A model generated the notes under the pieces. It worked only from the letters and a program-made list of their open reading frames with translations. It was not told the origin of the DNA and did no database searches. From Bacteroidota bacterium (GTDB taxonomy: Bacteria; Bacteroidota; Bacteroidia; 2-12-FULL-35-15), in assembly GCA_947469885.1 (NCBI GenBank), contig CANIQT010000012.1, positions 4,951 to 68,950 of the forward strand: a DNA stretch of 64,000 nt, read 5' to 3'. How positions within the stretch are numbered: the first letter of the stretch is position 1; the number at the start of each line of letters is the position of its first letter. Shown piece after piece: positions 1 through 9,300 of this stretch. The translations under genes were made by a program, and so were the position numbers.

Positions 1-288
1 TGACCTCTTAAATGAGTTTAGTCCTTCCAAACGCAATGGTGATTGCCTGTTTCCTTTTTCTCTAAGTGTGTATATCGATTTATACACAAACCCCCTTATA
101 TACCAAGCTTGTCCATCGTTAACAGATTCAGTATCTGCAACAGCTAAATCAATAACAACCTTTGCACTATCCAAATTTCCATTCTTCAAAAAGTTATATG
201 CAACAATAACCTTGTCCTCCTGAGCAAAAGAAAGCACTGCTTTTAAAAGCAATATTCCAATAATTATTATTTTTCTACAATTTAACAT
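1..288 (-). CDS. 5'-partial CDS (N-terminus only; continues past window start): signal-peptide protein with TPR-like repeats, possibly a sensor/regulatory protein co-transcribed with the DUF4154 gene
   Basis: The reverse complement of 1-288 is open from the ATG at 288-286 to the window edge. It reads MLNCRKIIIIGILLLKAVLSFAQEDKVIVAYNFLKNGNLDSAKVVIDLAVADTESVNDGQAWYIRGFVYKSIY... A hydrophobic N-terminus is followed by a W/Y/G amphipathic pattern typical of TPR repeats. The ATG lies only 10 bp after the stop of the upstream same-strand gene. Confidence 0.5.
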   Translation of the reverse strand, partial: MLNCRKIIIIGILLLKAVLSFAQEDKVIVAYNFLKNGNLDSAKVVIDLAVADTESVNDGQAWYIRGFVYKSIYTLREKGNRQSPLRLEGLNSFKRS

Positions 289-298
289 TTTTACTACT

Positions 299-829
299 TT
301 AATGCACCGCGAAATTTACCAATGCTGAAGCTACTTTCAACTTATGATTTTCTATATTCTGTTTATTTAATTCGAATTTCAATTTATTTTCAACTATCAC
401 AAAATTTATCCCTGCTCCCAGTTCTGTCATTCCAGGTTTTTCTGTTACAATCAAAGTGTTTTTATTTTTTACCTTTGAAACCACATCACCCAATTGGGTT
501 GAATTGTCAGGAAGAATATATACGATGTGACATTTACCAGCATCCGATGTTGCTGCCAGGTTCATTATTTCTATTTTTCTGTTTTCGGGTTTCTTGTTAT
601 TACTTGCTGCTGTTTTTTGAAGTTCAGTATTCAAAACCGAATTAGTGCCCAAAACACCAAGAATAAAATTACCCGATTTTGCTTCTTCGGGCCACTCAAT
701 GTATTTAATAAAATTATTGATATAAACTGCCTTGAGGTGTGTGCTGGCTTCCTCAGATTGGTCGGGCAATACAACCATCCAAGAGGTGAGAAAAAAAGAA
801 GATAAAAGTATGAATAAAAATTTCTTCAT
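299..829 (-). CDS. DUF4154 (YfiR-like) periplasmic protein
   Basis: 176 aa with a signal peptide (MKKFLFILLSSFFLTSWMVV). The motif AVYINNFIKYIEWP, followed by ...CHIVYI...LIVTE...GAGINFVIVENKLKFELNKQNIE...LVNFA, matches the YfiR/DUF4154 pattern known from those families. Confidence 0.75.
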   Translation of the reverse strand: MKKFLFILLSSFFLTSWMVVLPDQSEEASTHLKAVYINNFIKYIEWPEEAKSGNFILGVLGTNSVLNTELQKTAASNNKKPENRKIEIMNLAATSDAGKCHIVYILPDNSTQLGDVVSKVKNKNTLIVTEKPGMTELGAGINFVIVENKLKFELNKQNIENHKLKVASALVNFAVH

Positions 830-997
830 TTAGCAAAATGCCACTGCTGATTTGTTACTGATTGCCTAAGTTTGCAAATATAGAAATTTTTTAGCTTTCT
901 TTTTACAAAATATAAACCAACAGAAACCTTACTGTTGATTGATTTCCTTTCCATTTTCATGCCACTTTTAGGATATCCCATAAGTCGAAAAATTACC

Positions 998-1005
998 TAC
1001 TTTTG
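998..1005 (+). promoter_or_regulatory. Bacteroidota-type -7 promoter element (TACTTTTG, consensus TAnnTTTG) upstream of the ECF sigma gene
   Basis: TACTTTTG sits 10 bp upstream of the ATG at 1016. This supports the 1016 start over the TTG at 935 or the ATG at 959. Confidence 0.4.
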
Positions 1006-1015
1006 TAGCTTATTA

Positions 1016-1600
1016 ATGCAAATAAAAGACATAGAGACATATACTAATTTGGAATTGGTAAGGCTTTTTAAGCAAACCAATAATAACTATTATGTGGGTG
1101 TTCTTTTTCAAAGACATACTCATCTCATTTTAGGACTTTGTATGAAATACCTAAAAAATGAGGAAGACGCGCAAGATGCAAGTATTTTAATTTTCGAAAA
1201 ACTTCTTAATGACCTTCCGAAATATGAGATAACGAATTTCAAAACCTGGCTCTACTCTTCGTGCAAAACTTTTTGTTTGATGTATATGCGATCTGCGGCT
1301 TCAAAATATAATATTGATAATAAAATCAGAAATAATTTTGACGAAATTATGGAATCTGAATTAAAACTGCATCTATATAATGAAGACAATTTAGAACAAG
1401 AAATTCATCTTACATTTATGGAAGAATGTATGGAAGGTTTAAATAAAGAACAGAGATTATGCTTAGATCTTTTCTTTCTGAAAGAAAAAAGTTATTTGGA
1501 AGTAACAGAACAAACTAAGCTAACTATTAACAATGTAAAAAGTCATATTCAAAACGGAAAAAGAAATTTAAAAAACTGTATTGAGTCAAAAATTGAATGA
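1016..1600 (+). CDS. RNA polymerase ECF-type sigma-70 factor
   Basis: The sigma-70 region-2-like segment reads ...LELVRLFKQTNNNYYVGVLFQRH...ILIFEKLLNDLPKYEITNFKTWLYSSCKTFCLMYMR. The region-4 HTH reads LNKEQRLCLDLFFLKEKSYLEVTEQTKLTINNVKSHIQNGKRNLK. The ORF track extends upstream to a TTG at 935, and a start at 959 is also possible. Confidence 0.8.
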   Translation: MQIKDIETYTNLELVRLFKQTNNNYYVGVLFQRHTHLILGLCMKYLKNEEDAQDASILIFEKLLNDLPKYEITNFKTWLYSSCKTFCLMYMRSAASKYNIDNKIRNNFDEIMESELKLHLYNEDNLEQEIHLTFMEECMEGLNKEQRLCLDLFFLKEKSYLEVTEQTKLTINNVKSHIQNGKRNLKNCIESKIE

Positions 1601-1613
1601 CAATTAATAATTG

Positions 1614-3011
1614 ATGAGTCTCGAATTAAAACATACAATATTTTCGCCTACTGAATGTCTTTCGGAGCAAACGATGTTTGACTACATAGATAATAAGTTG
1701 ACTCCAAAAGAACAACATCTGGTTGAAAAACATTTGCTGAGTTGCGAACTATGCACTGATGCTATGGAAGGGCTGCAACAGTTCAAAAACAGGAATAGAA
1801 TAAATCTGATTAACGAAAAAATAAATCAACGTATTATTCCTGCTATTAGTGAAGAAAGGAAAATTATTTCCATAAATTACAAACTTATTTCATCCATTGC
1901 TGCTGGTTTATTATTATTGATAGGTGGGGTGTTTTTCTTTAATAATTTCGTCACTAAAGAAATGAAAGAAAACGATGTTGCCGAATTAAAACAACCACTA
2001 ATGCCTCCAACTATTTCTCCCGTTGGCAACCCAACTGCTGCAGACTCAGAAGCAACAAGTATTGCTACCGGAAAGGACGAAGAAGGAAAACTGGAAACAG
2101 AAAAAACAGAACAACAAAATCAATTGGCTTTTGCAAAAGAAGAAAAACCAAATCCGGATTCTAAAACAATAGTTGTTACCACTGAAAAAGAGTTAAGTAG
2201 CAATTTGAAGCAAGTGGTGGTTACTAAAATTGACGAGGATAAAAAAGCAAATGATATTCCAGCACAAACCGATGACACAAGAATTGTTTTAGCAGAAACT
2301 CAAAAAAACATAGCTGACAAACCAAAAGAAAAATCGAAAGATGGAAATGGGACTTTAGCAGGGTATGCAACAACAGCTCAGCCTAACTCCCCATCAAAAC
2401 AAAATGAATTCGACACCGATAATGCAGGTGCTGCAGTTGGCTCAGGTTCGAAAAGAACTGGAAACAAAAACATGGAAACAAACAGTCGATATAAGCAACA
2501 AGCATCCCTTGGAAAAAAAGATGTAGCAAAAAAAAATGACGACAAACAAACTGCAGTTGCAGGCAATGCCTCTTCCTCATCTCAATCGGTTGCTGCTGCA
2601 TTTGAACAAAAAGATGAAATGGTAGTTACTTCAACCACTAAATCTACGATTCTAGCAGATTCGCTTTCTGTTCAGATAATGCCCTTGGCAACATTCCCGG
2701 GAGGTGTGGATTCGCTGAACCAATTTGTAATTCGAAATTTTAATTATCCATCCGCTTATTATTCAAGAAATACAAAAGACAGTGATAATAAAATAATAAG
2801 TGAATTTACTATTGACGAAAGTGGTAGAGTAGTAAGTCCAAAAATAATAAAAGGTATAAATTCTGAATTGGACAATGAAGCATTAAGGGTTATTAGGTCT
2901 TTACCAAAATGGTTTCCAGCAATTAAAAATGGCAAACCAATTTCATCTAAATACACTCTTCCCATTCAATTGGACAATGGTAATAACTTAAAACAGGTGA
3001 ATGAAAAATAG
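1614..3011 (+). CDS. Anti-sigma factor (zf-HC2-like N-terminus, single TM helix) fused to a C-terminal TonB-C-like domain
   Basis: The gene starts immediately downstream of the ECF sigma gene. The N-terminus MFDYIDNKLTPKEQHLVEKHLLSCELCTDAMEGL is a putative zinc-finger anti-sigma motif. A TM segment (SSIAAGLLLLIGGVFFF) is followed by a long K/E/T/D-rich low-complexity linker. The C-terminus FPGGVDSLNQFVIRNFNYP...FTIDESGRVVSPKIIKGINSELDNEALRVIRSLPKWFPAIKNGKPISSKYTLPIQL resembles a TonB C-terminal domain. An alternative start is at 1674; the ORF-track start at 1611 is TTG. Confidence 0.7.
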   Translation: MSLELKHTIFSPTECLSEQTMFDYIDNKLTPKEQHLVEKHLLSCELCTDAMEGLQQFKNRNRINLINEKINQRIIPAISEERKIISINYKLISSIAAGLLLLIGGVFFFNNFVTKEMKENDVAELKQPLMPPTISPVGNPTAADSEATSIATGKDEEGKLETEKTEQQNQLAFAKEEKPNPDSKTIVVTTEKELSSNLKQVVVTKIDEDKKANDIPAQTDDTRIVLAETQKNIADKPKEKSKDGNGTLAGYATTAQPNSPSKQNEFDTDNAGAAVGSGSKRTGNKNMETNSRYKQQASLGKKDVAKKNDDKQTAVAGNASSSSQSVAAAFEQKDEMVVTSTTKSTILADSLSVQIMPLATFPGGVDSLNQFVIRNFNYPSAYYSRNTKDSDNKIISEFTIDESGRVVSPKIIKGINSELDNEALRVIRSLPKWFPAIKNGKPISSKYTLPIQLDNGNNLKQVNEK

Positions 3012-3105
3012 CACTCTGATATTAACACTTCGTCTTTGATAACCTTTTTGAAACGATATTTTTAAAACAATTTTCTATTGTAAATTTGAAGAAATACATT
3101 TTTAA

Positions 3106-3660
3106 ATGCTTCTTCTTAAACGTACCTCTACTTTAGTCAATGCTATTTATTTTTTCGTTATTGCGCTATTCATAGCCTCTTGTGGTCCTTCCAAAAACAT
3201 TTCATCCACCAAAGAAAAAGAAAACACTTCATCGTCCTCTAAAATAAAAACAAAATACGCTCAACTATTAGATGTAAACGAAAACAAAATTGACAACCTT
3301 CCGCTATTTACCTTTATTAATGAATGGTATGGTGTAAAATACAAATACGGAGGCAAAACAAAAAAGGGGATTGACTGTTCTGCGTTTACTTCTGTTCTTT
3401 ACCATGATGTTTATAAAAAACAACTGGACGGGACAGCTGCAAGTATTTTTTATCAATGCAAAAACCTTTCAAAAAATAATTTAACAGAAGGTGATTTGGT
3501 ATTTTTTAAAATTGAAAACGATAATATTAATCACATTGGTATTTATTTGCAGAACAATAAATTTGTTCATGCAAGCACAAAAAAAGGCATTATGATTGAT
3601 GATTTAGATGAAGCTTATTACAAAAAATACTTTTTCAAAGCAGGCAGATTAAAAAATTAA
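3106..3660 (+). CDS. NlpC/P60 (C40) family peptidase lipoprotein
   Basis: There is a lipobox (LFIASCG). The motif GIDCSAFTSVLY carries the catalytic Cys. It is followed by ...DLVFF...HIGIYL...FVHAS, which fits the His/His spacing known for NlpC/P60. Confidence 0.8.
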   Translation: MLLLKRTSTLVNAIYFFVIALFIASCGPSKNISSTKEKENTSSSSKIKTKYAQLLDVNENKIDNLPLFTFINEWYGVKYKYGGKTKKGIDCSAFTSVLYHDVYKKQLDGTAASIFYQCKNLSKNNLTEGDLVFFKIENDNINHIGIYLQNNKFVHASTKKGIMIDDLDEAYYKKYFFKAGRLKN

Positions 3661-3743
3661 CTACTAATTTTTTTTCATCATTCAAAAAACATTTATCTTT
3701 ACGCTAAGTTTACATTTATAATCTAATCTTAACATTCAAAAAC

Positions 3744-5432
3744 ATGAAAAACATTTTCTCTCCTACGCATTTTCTTTTTACATTATTCATTTTGTTTGCA
3801 AATTTTTCTTTTGCTCAATGGAACTCCAATCCATCAATAAACACGCCTGTTATAAGGGAAATAGGCAAGCAAATTGATTTACGGATGAGTGAAGACGGCA
3901 AAGGAGGTACTTTTATTTCATGGAAAGATTACCGCGCAGGCCTGCCCGACATTTACATTCAATATATGAATGCTGCTGGTGTTCGCATGTGGGACACTGC
4001 TGGTGTACCGCTCTGCACAGACCCTGCCGACCAAAGTACTCCTGCTATAACAACCGATATGGCTGGTGGTGCAATTGTTACCTTTTCTGATTGGCGCAGC
4101 GGCATTGAGCGTGATGTATATGCTCAGCGAGTTGATTCATTAGGCGTTATTCAATGGACACTAAATGGTGTTGGTATTGCTACTAAAACTGTTCGCGAAC
4201 ACAACGAAAAAATAATATCTGATGATGCTGGTGGTGCTATAATTGTTTGGGAACAACAAAGTGGTGGTCAGTGGGACATTTGGGCACAACGGGTTAATCA
4301 CAATGGAGTTACCCTTTGGACTTTTGGAGGAGTCCCTGTTTGTACGGTGAATGCAAATCGCCTGAATCCAAAAGTACAAAGAGACGGAAGAGGAGGAGCT
4401 TATATTACATGGCAGGACTATCGCAATTTCACAGATTATAATGTGTATGCCCAACGCATAAGCCCTAGCGGAAACCTACTTTGGGGTACGAATGGTATTG
4501 AAATTTGTAATGCTGTTGGTCCTCAAACCGACCCAAAAATAGACCCAGATTCAATTACTGGTGGGGTTTACATTGCATGGGTGGATGGCAGAAACCTTGG
4601 AGATTACGACATCTATGCACAAAAAATAGACTCAACAGGTACTATTCTTTGGGCAAACGATGGGGTGCCTGTTTGTAGTATTGCCGGAAATCAAACAGCA
4701 CAAGACATTCTTAGTACCACTTCCACCAATGGTTTAATTGTCACCTGGAAAGATATACGTTCTGGAAATTACGACATTTATGCACAGCGGCTTGACCAAA
4801 ATGGAGTTCCTCAATGGGCTCTAAACGGCATTGTTGTCTGCAACTCAAACAACGATCAGCTAAATCCAAATATCACTACCGACCATGCCGGAGGAGCTAT
4901 TATTTGCTGGCAAGACTCTAGTTTTGTGGATTGGGATGTGAAAAGCCAACGTATCAGTAACAGCGGTACTGCCCAATGGACGCCAAACGGAGTAAGTGTT
5001 TGCACAGCTGTAAACAATCAAACAAGCCCAAAAAATGTTTCTGACGGACATGGAGGTTCTATCTTTGCATGGCAAGATAAACGAAACGGAGGCATTCAGG
5101 ACATCTATTGCCACCACCTTTTTTCAGATGGTTCTACCAATATGGGGATTAGTGAAAATTCATTGAATGAGGGGATTTCTGTTTCTCCAAACCCTTTTAC
5201 CAACAACTTTACACTCACGATTAACCTGACAACCGATGAAAAAACAAATTTCACTATGACGGATGTGTTGGGACAACAAGTACCTATAACCATTTACGGT
5301 GCATCTGTTCAAACAAAGGGAAAACACGTTATTAATTTCACCACCGACAAAGCTGAACTACCAAAAGGGGTGTATTTTATTAGTATGATTGGAAACAATT
5401 GGATAAAAACCATTAAGGTGGTGAAGTCATAA
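3744..5432 (+). CDS. T9SS type-A C-terminal-domain secreted protein with about 8 tandem ~52-aa beta-propeller-like repeats (D-I/V-Y-A-Q-R motif)
   Basis: There is a signal peptide (MKNIFSPTHFLFTLFILFANFSFAQ). A repeated unit GGAxIxWxDxRxGxxDIYAQRxxxxGxxxWxxNGVxVC occurs about 8 times. The C-terminus SVSPNPFTNNFTLTINL...GVYFISMIGNNWIKTIKVVKS matches a Por-secretion sorting domain. Confidence 0.75.
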   Translation: MKNIFSPTHFLFTLFILFANFSFAQWNSNPSINTPVIREIGKQIDLRMSEDGKGGTFISWKDYRAGLPDIYIQYMNAAGVRMWDTAGVPLCTDPADQSTPAITTDMAGGAIVTFSDWRSGIERDVYAQRVDSLGVIQWTLNGVGIATKTVREHNEKIISDDAGGAIIVWEQQSGGQWDIWAQRVNHNGVTLWTFGGVPVCTVNANRLNPKVQRDGRGGAYITWQDYRNFTDYNVYAQRISPSGNLLWGTNGIEICNAVGPQTDPKIDPDSITGGVYIAWVDGRNLGDYDIYAQKIDSTGTILWANDGVPVCSIAGNQTAQDILSTTSTNGLIVTWKDIRSGNYDIYAQRLDQNGVPQWALNGIVVCNSNNDQLNPNITTDHAGGAIICWQDSSFVDWDVKSQRISNSGTAQWTPNGVSVCTAVNNQTSPKNVSDGHGGSIFAWQDKRNGGIQDIYCHHLFSDGSTNMGISENSLNEGISVSPNPFTNNFTLTINLTTDEKTNFTMTDVLGQQVPITIYGASVQTKGKHVINFTTDKAELPKGVYFISMIGNNWIKTIKVVKS

Positions 5433-5692
5433 CAAAATTGGTTCTACAGGGTTTACTGCGGAACCTGTTAAATATCTGCTAAAACACTCAAAACCTTACT
5501 TAAAGGTTTTGCCCACCCAACAGGCACCTCGACCCTGTGCAGCAAAGGCGAAAAAGTACACCGCCAGATGCTGTCCGAAAACCGATATTTTGATGGGACC
5601 TTCTGAAAACAGTTTACTGTTCATATACATAGAAATATTGATAATCAATCATTTTAGTTTGTCCCAATGACCGTTTCCTAAATGAGATATCT

Positions 5693-5916
5693 CACTTCCT
5701 GTGTGAAATATCTCATTTCTTTTATCCGAGAGCTCCCTTCCCAAACAAGTGAACTCATTTTGGAAACGAAGGTGCTCATTTAAGTAACCACGAGCTTCAT
5801 TTCCTAAAGGAGCAATCGCATTTGGCAAACCGGCAGGGAAACCTATATAATCATTTAATAAATGACGTTGACCATTTGCCAAAGGAGCTCTCCGATATAG
5901 CAAAGGAGATATCTCC
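5693..5916. repeat. Degenerate short-repeat cluster bounded by identical GAGATATCTC palindromes, carrying reiterated CATTTnCnAAAGGAG-like motifs; non-coding
   Basis: TGAGATATCTCA lies at 5693-5704 and GGAGATATCTCC at 5905-5916. Between them are repeated CTCATTT and TTTGGCAAA/TTTGCCAAA units. The 84-aa ORF at 5649..5903 is internally repetitive and is likely an artefact of this repeat. Confidence 0.45.
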
Positions 5917-6085
5917 GAAAGGAAATTCCCGAAAAATTACTGTTCCTTAGAGTTTTGGGCTATTCTTAATATAATCATTACATTTTACGGTTCTAGAAGA
6001 CACTTTAGAGTAGTAAAAATGAAAAGATTAATTATCTTCTTTATCAAAGGCTTGATTGACATTTGTTGGTAGATATCAAAAAAAA

Positions 6086-6111
6086 TCCCTCCCGAAATTA
6101 ATCGGGAGGGA
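6086..6111 (-). terminator. Rho-independent terminator of the giant adhesin gene (bidirectional hairpin)
   Basis: A perfect 9-bp stem TCCCTCCCG / CGGGAGGGA with the loop AAATTAAT. An A8 run lies 5' and a T-rich tract lies 3', so it is U-rich on both strands. It lies 25 bp downstream of the minus-strand stop at 6136. Confidence 0.75.
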
Positions 6112-6135
6112 TTCTTTATTAATATAGAATTTCTT

Positions 6136-6393
6136 CTATTGTTTTATCACCGTTTGAGAGTGAATTACATTTGAATCAACATCCAGTAATCTTACAAAGT
6201 ACATTCCGTCTCTGTATTGTTCAATGTTTGTTTTCATCGTAGTAGTTCCACTCAACACCTGATGTCTTTCATGTATCACTATGTTGCCAAGCACATCATA
6301 CACCTCAACCACCACATCCATATCTTTTTCAGAAGTTACGTCAATTGTAAATTCAGAAGTAGCAGGATTTGGATAAATATCGGTGAAAGTAGC
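6136..6393 (-). other. T9SS type-A C-terminal sorting domain of the giant protein (last ~85 aa)
   Basis: The motif YPNPATSEFTIDV...VEVYDVLGNIV...GMYFVRL...VIKQ. It is paralogous to the C-termini of the 33127..36138 and 3744..5432 proteins. Confidence 0.7.
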
Positions 6394-9300
6394 ACTCGAT
6401 TCAACTTCATTATTCATTGCATTAGGATCTAAACATCTTGTGATGGTTTTTTGGCTTGCCGCAGTAGTAGTACAACCGTTTGAAGCAGTAACCTTCAATA
6501 ATGAAGTCGCTGTGGTGACACCAACACTAGGAGCAATATTCACAATTATAGTGCTGTTACCTTGTTGTGAGCCATTGATGAAAGATTGACCTGTAGCTAA
6601 AGTCCAAGTGTATGTGTGGTTTGCAACAGCTGTAACAGAATAAGTAGCTGTTGTCATACCGCAGGTGTTAGCAGGACCCGTTATAGTGCCAGGTGCAGTT
6701 GAAGTTATTATCAAGTTCAATGTTCTTGCAGTTGGAGAATTTCCACAAGAGTTCACAGCATATACTGAAATACTTCCTGCTGTGGTACCAGACAAGTTAA
6801 CTGTTACAGAAGTTCCTGTGTTAGAACCTGTAATTGTTCCTGCACCTGTAATTGACCATAGATAACTAGTTGCACCAGCTACAGGAGGAGCAGAATAAGT
6901 TGCTGTAGTCATACCGCATACATTAGCCGGTCCTGAAATTGACGCTGGTGGTGACGCAGGTGCTGCTCCTGTTACTGCCAATGTAGCAGCAGGTCCTGGG
7001 AATGAACATGCGTTATTTGCAGTTACTTTCACAGTTCCTGAAACAAACGAAGTGTTGTACTGAGCAACAATTGAAGTTGTTCCTTGTCCACTTACTATGG
7101 TCATACCAGCAGGCACTGTCCAAGTGTAAGCCCCATTAGCTCCGTTAGCAGCTGCACCAACAGTAGTTGTAGTAGAATAAGTTACCTGTGTTCCAATCAT
7201 TCCACACAAAGAAGCTGGTCCTTGAACTGGTGTTGGAGTAGCTGGTGATTTAGATACCCCTATTGAAGCAGTTCCACTGTTACCACAATTGTTAGATGCG
7301 GTGCAAGTCACATTTCCAGAAACAGTTCCTGAGAAGGTAACTGTAATAGAAGTAGTTCCTTGACCTATACCACTCAATGTCATTCCGGTTGAACCAGCAG
7401 ACAATGCCCAAGTATAATTGGTTGCTAGTGGTACCGCAGCAACTGAATATGTTGCGCTACTCAAACCGCAAACTACTGACAATCCTGAAATCACAGGGGT
7501 TGCTGGTATTGCGCCAACCGTTGTGTTCACAACAAGTGGTGCACTTGTACATCCACCACCGTTAGCAACTATTGTGTATTGAACCACACCATAAACGTTT
7601 CCAGAATTAGATAAGACATCCTGAATAGTTGTTCCGCAGTTGCTTGCACAATTTGTGCTACCCAACACTCCTCCAGCAGTTACCAATGAAGTCCAAGTAA
7701 ATGTACTTCCTGATACTGTTGAATTGAGAGAAAGCTGAACGTTAGCTCCATTACAGATAACTCCTGTTCCAGGACCTGTTGCTGTTACAACAGGCGTAGG
7801 GGTTACAGTTACATTTTGAGTAGCTGTAGCAGTGTTACCACTTCCATCAGTTACTGTCCATGTTACTACTGTTGTTCCCACAGGATAAGTAGATGACGGA
7901 TGGTTATTGGTTACCGTATAAGTACAGTTGTCATTAGCTACCGGAGTACCTAATACAACTGGTAAACCATTACAAACCGTTACCGCTGTTGGTGCTGTGA
8001 TAGTTGGTAATTCTGCATCATTAACAGTAATGTTGAATGAGCAAGATGCCACACCACAACCATTTGTTGCAGTTAACGAAACTGTTGTCGTTCCTCTATT
8101 AAATGCAGTACCACTGGCGTTTCCGCTTCCACTTCCTGTAGTTGCACCACTTAATACATAAGTGATGGTTGGAGTGGTTCCACTAGTTGCACTTGAATAG
8201 GTAACCACACTGCTGCAAAGACCCGTTGCAGTGTTTGCATTTATAGTAGCAGGACAGTTAGTGAACAACGGAACCGTACAGTTAGATTCAAAGGTAGCAC
8301 TGATGGTATGAGTAGTGGTTACATTTGTAAATGTATAAGTTCCCGAAGCAATTGCTCCTGAGTTAGAAACTCCATCCACCAATACATCAAGAATATGGAA
8401 TCCTGGATTGGCAGTAATAACATAGATTTGACTTGTTCCTGAACAAGTTGCTGTTGTTCCATTAGGAGTGATACTTCCATTAGCACCTGCCGAAGCAACC
8501 ATGTTAAAGTATGGCAACACTGTTACGTTTTGAGTAGCCGTTGCAGTATTTCCATTTGCATCTTCTGCTGTCCAAGTCACCACCGTGGTACCTACACCAA
8601 ATGTTGCAGGAGCATCACTGCTGTAAGTAACTGTGCCGCAGTTATCACTTCCAGATGGTGTTCCTAACACAACAACTGTTGCGGCTCCTCCACAAACTGT
8701 TATTGAAGCCGGCGCAGAAACTAAAGGCAATTCATCATCAGTAACGGTTATGTCCTGATGACAAGTTGAAGTATTTCCAGCAACATCTGTCACGGTCCAA
8801 TTTACAGTGGTAGTTCCCACCGGATAAGTTCCGCTGGCATCGTCTGTATTTGTATAATCATTGATAACAGTAGCACCTGCAACATTGTCTCCGAATACTG
8901 GGGTTGTTACACTAACAACAGCATTACAAGCTCCCACATCAGCAGTCTGACCTTGAGAACCAGAACAGGTTATGGTAGGTGATTCGTCATCTGTTACAGT
9001 GATATCCTGATGGCAAGTTGATGTATTTCCATTTGCATCCGTTACTTCCCAATTTACAGTTGTTGTTCCTACAGGATAGTTACCACTTGCATCATTTGTA
9101 TTTGTATAATCGTTAGTAATGGTTGCACCAGTGCAATTGTCACCAAAAATTGGTGCCGTAACTGTTACCGCAGCAGTATTTGTTCCTGCATCCGCTGTTT
9201 GAGTTTGTGAACCCGAACAAGTTATTGAAGGGAATTCATCATCTGTCACTTGAACATCCTGATGACAAGATACGGTGTTACCATCAAAGTCGGTTACTGT

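Noticed and set aside
5649-5903. 84-aa ORF in the convergent intergenic region
   Set aside because: Its translation is internally repetitive (PLANGQRHLLNDY / PLGNEARGYLNEH / HLGNGHWDK), reflecting the underlying DNA repeat. It has no RBS or promoter context and sits between two convergent terminated genes.
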